A stretch of DNA of 64,000 nt from an uncultured Spirochaetota bacterium (GTDB taxonomy: Bacteria; Spirochaetota; Spirochaetia; SZUA-6; Fen-1364), in assembly GCA_963820525.1 (NCBI GenBank), contig CAWGAA010000001.1, forward strand, positions 2,976,001 through 3,040,000, given 5' to 3'. The notes beneath the pieces were generated by a model, which was not told the DNA's origin, did not search any database, and saw only the letters and a list, made by a program, of their open reading frames with translations. Numbering within the stretch: the first letter of the stretch is position 1; each line of letters opens with the position of its first letter. The translations under genes and the position numbers were made by a program. This document shows positions 58,123 through 64,000 of this stretch, one piece after another.

Positions 58123-59092
58123 GGGATTCGAGCTGTCCACTCAGCTCGTGATAAAGGAGGCGCTCCAGCGCGGCCACGCCGTCGAGGTGTTGGACCCGAA
58201 GTCGAACTTCATCCGCATCACGGGCAACGGCAAGACGGAGTATATCCGGCAGGCCACCAGGACATCGGCGGATACCTATGTGAGCTCTCTCATCATGGAG
58301 AACAAGAAGGTCACCAAGACGGTTCTCAAGGAAGCGGGGATTCGGGTGCCGACGGGAAAGGACTACGCGGACATCGGCGAGGTTATAAGAGATTTCGGGC
58401 TGTGGAAGGGCAGGGATACGGTGATAAAGCCCAACACGACAAACTTCGGCAAAGCGGTCTCCATCCTCATCGCCCCGTTCAACGAGGAGGAGTACCTCCA
58501 TGCGGCCAGGAGCGCGTTCGCGGAAGACGAGGTTATCCTGGCGGAGGAGTTCATCCCGGGAAAGGAATACCGGTTCCTCGTCATTGGCGGGGCGGTCCGG
58601 GCTGTCCTCCACAGGGTCCCGGCCAACGTCACGGGAGACGGCATCAAGACGATCGCCCAGCTCATTGCCGAGAAAAACTCCAACCCACTTCGGGGAAAGG
58701 GCTATACGAGCCCCCTGGAAAAGCTCCGCGCGGGAGCCGAGGAGGAGGAGTATCTCCGCGCCCAGAGGCTTTCATTCGAATCGGTTCCCGACGCGGGGCG
58801 TACGGTGTTCTTGCGCAAGAACTCCAACATCAGTACGGGAGGCGACAGCATCGACTTCACAGACGACGTTCACCCCGGATACAAGGACATCGCTGCCGCG
58901 GCGGCCGCGTCGGTCGGGGCCCTCATCTGCGGAGTCGACATGATGGTGCGGGACGTGACGGCAGAGCCCACCGGGGACAACTACGGCGTGATCGAGCTGA
59001 ACTTCAACCCGGCCCTCCACATCCACGATTTTCCTTACAAGGGAAAGAACCGCGGCGTGGAGAAGCACGTGCTGGATCTCCTGGATTTGTGA
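58097..59092 (+). CDS. ATP-grasp ligase equivalent to the GshF C-terminal glutathione synthetase domain
   Basis: ELSTQ, QATRTSADTYVS.LIMENK.VTK, IKPNTTNFG, EYRFLV, R.PANVTGDG, NSNISTGGDSID and IELNFNP motifs; has its own AAGGAG SD. Confidence 0.9.
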   Translation: MNWNTPGFKGFELSTQLVIKEALQRGHAVEVLDPKSNFIRITGNGKTEYIRQATRTSADTYVSSLIMENKKVTKTVLKEAGIRVPTGKDYADIGEVIRDFGLWKGRDTVIKPNTTNFGKAVSILIAPFNEEEYLHAARSAFAEDEVILAEEFIPGKEYRFLVIGGAVRAVLHRVPANVTGDGIKTIAQLIAEKNSNPLRGKGYTSPLEKLRAGAEEEEYLRAQRLSFESVPDAGRTVFLRKNSNISTGGDSIDFTDDVHPGYKDIAAAAAASVGALICGVDMMVRDVTAEPTGDNYGVIELNFNPALHIHDFPYKGKNRGVEKHVLDLLDL

Positions 59093-59099
59093 GGCGGCC

Positions 59100-60032
59100 A
59101 TGCTGAGTATTCACGGATTGACGAAAAGCTATAAAACCTCAACCGAGCCCGCCTTGGCATCCGTCGGATTCGACGTGCAAAGGGGAGAGTTCCTGGCGCT
59201 CCTGGGCCCCAACGGCGCGGGCAAGTCCACGCTGATCGACATCCTCTCCGGGAGGGTGGACGCGGATTCGGGAACCATCCGTATCGATGGGGAGGAGCTC
59301 AAGGCGGGCAGGCCGGACCTCCGTGCGATGATCGGGACAGTGCCCCAGGAGATCCGCTTCGACTACGTGTTCACGGTCGAGGAGCTTCTCCGCCTGGAGA
59401 GGGGGTTCTACGGGCTCCGCAGGGACGACGCCCACATCCGCTACCTCCTGGAAAGACTTTCGCTTGCCGATAAGAGGCGCGTGCGCGTTCGAGCCCTTTC
59501 CGGAGGGATGAAGCGCAGGCTCATGATCGCCAGGGCTCTGGTTCACAAGCCGCGCCTCCTGCTCCTTGACGAGCCGACCGCCGGAGTAGACCTCCAGCTC
59601 CGGCTGGACATGTACAGCTTCCTTCGGGAGCTTTCCGCGGGCGGGCTGACGATCATCCTGACAACACACTACCTGGAGGAGGCGGAGCAGCTCTGCGGCC
59701 GGATCGTCGTCCTGGACAGGGGGCGGCTGGTGGCGAACGAATCGCGGGACGCATTCCTGAAGATGGGCGGAGATTCCCTCACCGTGGAGATCAAGACGGG
59801 CGCCCAAGAGAAGATCCGGGCCCTTTTCGAAGCTGATGGAGCCCTGCAAGTGACGGGCGGCCATGACGGCCTGAAGTTCGTGTTTCCCGAATCCTCCCGC
59901 ATGTCCCTGCTACGGACCCTCTCGATTGCAGCCCCGCATATCGAATCTTTTCAGATCAGAAAACCGAAGCTGGAGGAGGTTTTCGTGAAGCTCACCGGCA
60001 GGAAGGAGGCTTCGGATGTCCCTGTCCTCTGA
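59100..60032 (+). CDS. ABC exporter ATP-binding protein (YadG-like)
   Basis: GPNGAGKST, LSGGMKRR, LLDEPTAGVD and TTHYLEEAE motifs. Confidence 0.94.
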   Translation: MLSIHGLTKSYKTSTEPALASVGFDVQRGEFLALLGPNGAGKSTLIDILSGRVDADSGTIRIDGEELKAGRPDLRAMIGTVPQEIRFDYVFTVEELLRLERGFYGLRRDDAHIRYLLERLSLADKRRVRVRALSGGMKRRLMIARALVHKPRLLLLDEPTAGVDLQLRLDMYSFLRELSAGGLTIILTTHYLEEAEQLCGRIVVLDRGRLVANESRDAFLKMGGDSLTVEIKTGAQEKIRALFEADGALQVTGGHDGLKFVFPESSRMSLLRTLSIAAPHIESFQIRKPKLEEVFVKLTGRKEASDVPVL

Positions 60033-60807
60033 TATGTCCTTCAGCCGCTGGATTGCCTTCTTCACGCTTCTCAAGCGTGAGGTGATGAGGTACATGAAGC
60101 TCGCCGTCCAGACCGTGGTGGGCCCGTTTCTGTCCAACCTCTTCTTTCTCGCGGTGTTCGGCGGTCTCCTGTCCGCCCGTTCCAGCGGCCTGGAGGGAGT
60201 TCCCTATGTCAGGCTCCTGGTTCCCGGCCTGATCTTCATGGGCGCTTTTCTCTCCTCGTTCCAGAATCCCGTGTTCTCGCTCATCTCCATGAAATACCAG
60301 AACACCCTGCAGGATCTCTGCCAATATCCGCTCTCGGCGGTATCCCGCTTCCTCGCCTTTTCTTTTGCAGGCGCCCTTCGGGGGCTCCTGGTCGGGGGAA
60401 TGACATACGCGGCAGCAGGCCTTTTCGCCGGCTATGCCATCCACAACCCCCTGCTGTTCTGGGCCTACATCGCCTCCGTCTCTTTCATAGGGGCGACGGG
60501 GGGCATCGCGGCCGGGCTGTACCTCGATTCCTTCGAGAAGGCGAACTTCATCGTGGGCCTCGTCCTCACTCCGGCCCTTTACCTGAGCGGCGTGTTCTAC
60601 TACCCCGACGGCGCCACTTCGTGGCTGGGCATCCTGGCCCGCTACAATCCCCTCACCTTTCTGGTTGGTGCGGGTCGGAATCTCTTTCTGGGCGTCGGCG
60701 CGCTGGGAGGTCCCGTGACCATCCTGCTGGCCGGCGTCTTCTGCGCGGCGCTGGTGGCGCTTTCAGCAGCGGCGATCCTTTCCGGCAAGGGAATGAAGAT
60801 AGAGTGA
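60016..60807 (+). CDS. ABC-2 type exporter permease (YadH-like)
   Basis: KREVMRY, QT..P, Y...LVPGLI.M, LSGVFY and NPL motifs; about 6 TMs; AGGAGG SD. Confidence 0.9.
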   Translation: MSLSSDMSFSRWIAFFTLLKREVMRYMKLAVQTVVGPFLSNLFFLAVFGGLLSARSSGLEGVPYVRLLVPGLIFMGAFLSSFQNPVFSLISMKYQNTLQDLCQYPLSAVSRFLAFSFAGALRGLLVGGMTYAAAGLFAGYAIHNPLLFWAYIASVSFIGATGGIAAGLYLDSFEKANFIVGLVLTPALYLSGVFYYPDGATSWLGILARYNPLTFLVGAGRNLFLGVGALGGPVTILLAGVFCAALVALSAAAILSGKGMKIE

Positions 60808-60823
60808 TGAAAGGGGGAATTCG

Positions 60824-61468
60824 ATGAAAGAGATCGAGTTCGGCGTCGGGGCCTGTCCTTTCCCGACGGGCGCGAACAGGGGACCCGTCCGGCGCTATAT
60901 CCGCGGTATCGCGTGCTCGCTGATGAGGGTGGCCTTTTTTCCTGCCGATGTCATGACCATTTGGAGGAAGGATCCGGCGCTCCACGGCAGACCGCTCGCG
61001 TTCCTGGAGGTGCCGCTCTACGCTTCGTTCTGGGCGATGCTTTTCCACAGGGTGGCCCATCCGCTGCATTCCATCGGCGTGCCGTTCCTGCCGCGCCTCT
61101 TGAGCCAGATCGCACGATTCCTTACCGGGATCGAGATCCACCCCGGGGCGGTCATCGGAGCCGGCCTGTTCATCGACCACGGCATGGGGGTTGTGATCGG
61201 GGAGACCGCCATCGTCGGCGATGAAGTGCTCCTGTTCCATGGGGTGACGCTGGGCGGCGTTGACGCGCGGCCGGGCCGCCGCCATCCCCTCGTGGGAAGC
61301 AGGGTCGTCGTCGGCGCCGGGGCGAAGGTGCTGGGCGCGATCACGATCGGAGAGGGGGCGAAGATCGGCGCCCAATCCGTGGTCCTGGCGGACGTTCCGG
61401 CGGGGGCCACCGCCGTCGGGATTCCCGCGAGAGTGCTCCAGAAGCAGGGATTGGAGAAGGCGGTATAA
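60824..61468 (+). CDS. cysE: Serine O-acetyltransferase
   Basis: KDPA, HRVAH, TGIEIHPGA.IG...FIDHGMGVVIGETA, GVTLGG and RRHP motifs with hexapeptide repeats. Confidence 0.92.
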   Translation: MKEIEFGVGACPFPTGANRGPVRRYIRGIACSLMRVAFFPADVMTIWRKDPALHGRPLAFLEVPLYASFWAMLFHRVAHPLHSIGVPFLPRLLSQIARFLTGIEIHPGAVIGAGLFIDHGMGVVIGETAIVGDEVLLFHGVTLGGVDARPGRRHPLVGSRVVVGAGAKVLGAITIGEGAKIGAQSVVLADVPAGATAVGIPARVLQKQGLEKAV

Positions 61469-61547
61469 GAGTCGCGGCGGAGAGGGTGCCGCTGTGGCCG
61501 GCGCCGTCCGGGCCATTTACGGCGCGGACGGTCGGCTCCTGCCGCCC

Positions 61548-63896
61548 CTATTTGAAGCTGTAGCCCTTTTCAGTGAAGAGCTTCACGCACGTGTCGACGA
61601 CATCGGAATCGTAGAGAACGGCCTTGTTCCTGCCGATTTCCTTCAGGGCCTCTTCAACCCCGACGGCGGGCCGGTACGGCCGGTGCGATGCCATCGCTTC
61701 CACAACGTCAGCCACGGCGAGAATCTTCGACTCGAGCCGCATCTGCTCCCCGGTAAGGCCCTGCGGGTAGCCCGAGCCGTCGAGCCTTTCGTGGTGCTGA
61801 TACACGATGTCGGCCAGCGGCCAGGGAAAGTCGATCGTCTTGAGGATGTCGTAGGCCACCTGGGGGTGGATCTTGATCAGGTTGAACTCCACAGGGAGGA
61901 GCTTTCCCGGCTTGTTGAGGATCTCCGAGGGGACGTAGATCTTGCCCAGGTCGTGCACGATGGAAGCCAGTCGAATTCCCTCGATTATTTCCTTGGGAAG
62001 CCCCATCTCGGTGCCGATCGTGCGGGCCAGGTCGGCAACCCGACGCTGATGCCCGGCCGTGTACGGGTCTCTCGCCTCGACCGTCTTGGAGAGGGTCTCG
62101 ATCATGCCCCCCATGACCTTGCGCAACTCGGAGAGCTGCCGCGTCTGCGCCCTCAGGTGATCTGTCTGGGCCTGCAGCTGGCTGAACATCATCGCGCCCT
62201 GCAGGCGCGCGCTGATGACCCTGCGCAGCTCTCCGTAAAGCCTCCCCTTGCGCTCCTTCAGCTCGAAGAGGGCGTAGCCGATGTCGTTCTGGTGATAGAG
62301 GGCCTCGACAATGAAAGCGAACCGCCGATCCGCGGGGAGGAAACCGTCGGCAGCGATGGAAAGCGAGGGAAACTCCGCCGCGTAGCTTTCCGGCGGGAGC
62401 ACCCCGTCCTTCTGCATGACGAAAATCGGTCTCGCCCTGTCGGGGGTGCCTTCGTAGCGGCAGATGAAGCAGGAATGAATCGCCAGCCGCGGAAGAGCCC
62501 AGGAGAGGGTCTCGAGGACCCTGCGCTCGTCGAACACGTCGATCAGCTCCTCGTTGACCGTGTGAAGCACCCAGAACTCATGGACGTAGCTCTCGACGCT
62601 CCTGTTTTCCTCGGCCTTCGCCCGCTCGGCAGTGAGGATGCGGGCCTGCTGGAAGAACACCTCCGCCTTCTGCCGCATCGCCTCGGTTGAAATCAGGCCC
62701 TGCCGATATGACTCGGTCCGAAGCTCCGATACGAGCCTGTTTGCGGACGTGAAAAGACCTCCCGGCCATCTGATGCCGTCCATGAGGCCGCTCCAGGCCA
62801 GCATCATCGATGTGTCGATGGTCCCGGCGGCCAGATACCCTTCAAAACGCTCGATCAGCTCGCCGATCTTCTTTTTTGCGCCGGAATCTCCATCCGACAT
62901 CCCCAGGCGCGTGATGATCGCCTGGGCCAGCCGGCTCCCGGCCTTGGCATTCTCCGCTCCGTCCGGCGCGGGGCGAAGGGCCGGATGCGCCGCGGCAACC
63001 TCCATGACCTCGTCCGAAAAGCACCCGCAGGATTCCCTGACGATCAGTTGAGGCGAAAAAACGGTCTTGTTCGGCAGGCCTTTGCCTTCGATGAGATCCA
63101 GAAGCAGCTCCACCGAGCATTCACCCTGCTTCCGGAAGGATTGGCTCACCGTGGTGAGCGGCGGGGAGGAGTACTTGCTGGCATCCGTATTGTCGAAGCC
63201 CGTGATCGCGATATCCGCGGGAACTCTCTTTCCCATTTCCCGCAGGGCCTGGATGGCCCCCAGGGCCATGTCGTCATTGGCCGCCATGAGCGCGTCGAAT
63301 TGTACCTTCCTCTCGTTGACGAGGGTGTAGGCGGCCGAAGCGCCGGATTCCGCCATGAAATCCCCATTCACGACGAGAGCATCGTCCAACTCGATTCCGG
63401 CTTCTTTCAATGCGTCGACGTACGTGGAGTATCGCTCCCCGGCGTCGTGATTGTTCTCAGGGCCGCCGATGAAGGCGATCTTTTTCAGGCCGTGAAACCT
63501 TGCGAGGTGGAGCACCAGATCGCGTATCCCCTTGCGATTGTCCGTGAAGAGCGATGGAATGCCGTCCAGCTCGTAAGAGATGCTGAAAACAGGCATGGGC
63601 AGGAATTGCTGGCAGAACTTCTCCGTTTCCTTCTGTCCGGCGTGATGGCACAGGGAGCCGGTCAGGATGATGAGGCCGTCCACCAAGGGGCTTGAAGCGA
63701 AGCGGTAGATGAGGTTGTTGTGCGTTTCGTAGGTTTTGGCGGAGCCGATTCCTCCCCCTTCGAAGACGAGGAGATTGACATCCCTTTCTTCAGCTTTCGA
63801 GATGATGCCGTCGAGGATGCTCTGCTGGTAAGGGCCGTCAAGCCAATCGACGATGAATCCGACCGTCGCCCGTTTTGTCTGCCCCTTCGCCTTCAA
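61548..63896 (-). CDS. LacI-type ligand-binding domain plus HD-GYP phosphodiesterase
   Basis: IAFIGGP, AANDDMALG, RVPADIAITGFD and PPLTTV; then ARDPYTAGHQRRV, HDLGK, HHERLDGSGYP and VADVVEAM..HRPYR; start uncertain. Confidence 0.92.
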   Translation of the reverse strand: MKAKGQTKRATVGFIVDWLDGPYQQSILDGIISKAEERDVNLLVFEGGGIGSAKTYETHNNLIYRFASSPLVDGLIILTGSLCHHAGQKETEKFCQQFLPMPVFSISYELDGIPSLFTDNRKGIRDLVLHLARFHGLKKIAFIGGPENNHDAGERYSTYVDALKEAGIELDDALVVNGDFMAESGASAAYTLVNERKVQFDALMAANDDMALGAIQALREMGKRVPADIAITGFDNTDASKYSSPPLTTVSQSFRKQGECSVELLLDLIEGKGLPNKTVFSPQLIVRESCGCFSDEVMEVAAAHPALRPAPDGAENAKAGSRLAQAIITRLGMSDGDSGAKKKIGELIERFEGYLAAGTIDTSMMLAWSGLMDGIRWPGGLFTSANRLVSELRTESYRQGLISTEAMRQKAEVFFQQARILTAERAKAEENRSVESYVHEFWVLHTVNEELIDVFDERRVLETLSWALPRLAIHSCFICRYEGTPDRARPIFVMQKDGVLPPESYAAEFPSLSIAADGFLPADRRFAFIVEALYHQNDIGYALFELKERKGRLYGELRRVISARLQGAMMFSQLQAQTDHLRAQTRQLSELRKVMGGMIETLSKTVEARDPYTAGHQRRVADLARTIGTEMGLPKEIIEGIRLASIVHDLGKIYVPSEILNKPGKLLPVEFNLIKIHPQVAYDILKTIDFPWPLADIVYQHHERLDGSGYPQGLTGEQMRLESKILAVADVVEAMASHRPYRPAVGVEEALKEIGRNKAVLYDSDVVDTCVKLFTEKGYSFK

Positions 63897-64000
63897 AAGA
63901 TGCGCCTCTCTCCGCCAAGCCGGTACAAGGATATCTATGTCAGCGCCAGCCCCGGTTCCGTGCCCTTGTATAGGGCAATACTATATATCCATGGGGCAGG

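Noticed and set aside
1..64000. CRISPR arrays, rRNA, intact transposases or integrases, prophage structural genes
   Set aside because: None seen; no regularly spaced repeats or matching protein motifs

Overview
High-GC bacterial chromosomal window, probably from an anaerobic Spirochaetota member. This is inferred from the spirochete-type hypothetical gene after tRNA-Ala, the lspA neighbourhood and a LacI-sensor/HD-GYP protein; no database check was possible. In order it contains: tRNA-Ala(GGC); housekeeping genes (nitroreductase, lspA, Nif3); a GPH transporter/GNAT pair; a bcd-etfB-etfA operon whose EtfA carries a ferredoxin domain; an AT-richer decayed defence patch (hicBA plus 5'-truncated Fic and type III Res fragments fused head-to-head); recQ behind a decayed ABC-F gene; XRE, receiver-only and radC genes; a 17-gene operon joining a sulfhydrogenase-type NAD(P)H module to a group 4 [NiFe]-hydrogenase and a full Mrp antiporter set, preceded by a long structured leader; frameshifted P-type ATPase and PrsW genes; ftsH; a putative Ni/Co transporter; MarR-TolC-RND efflux; qNor; DoxX/TetR; glycerate kinase; an MFS transporter; an ArsR-led operon with split GshF, an ABC exporter and cysE; and an HD-GYP protein. 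The two best candidates for an undescribed system are the NAD(P)H-linked Mrp-hydrogenase and the ArsR-controlled glutathione synthesis/export operon. All product calls come from motif recognition by eye.
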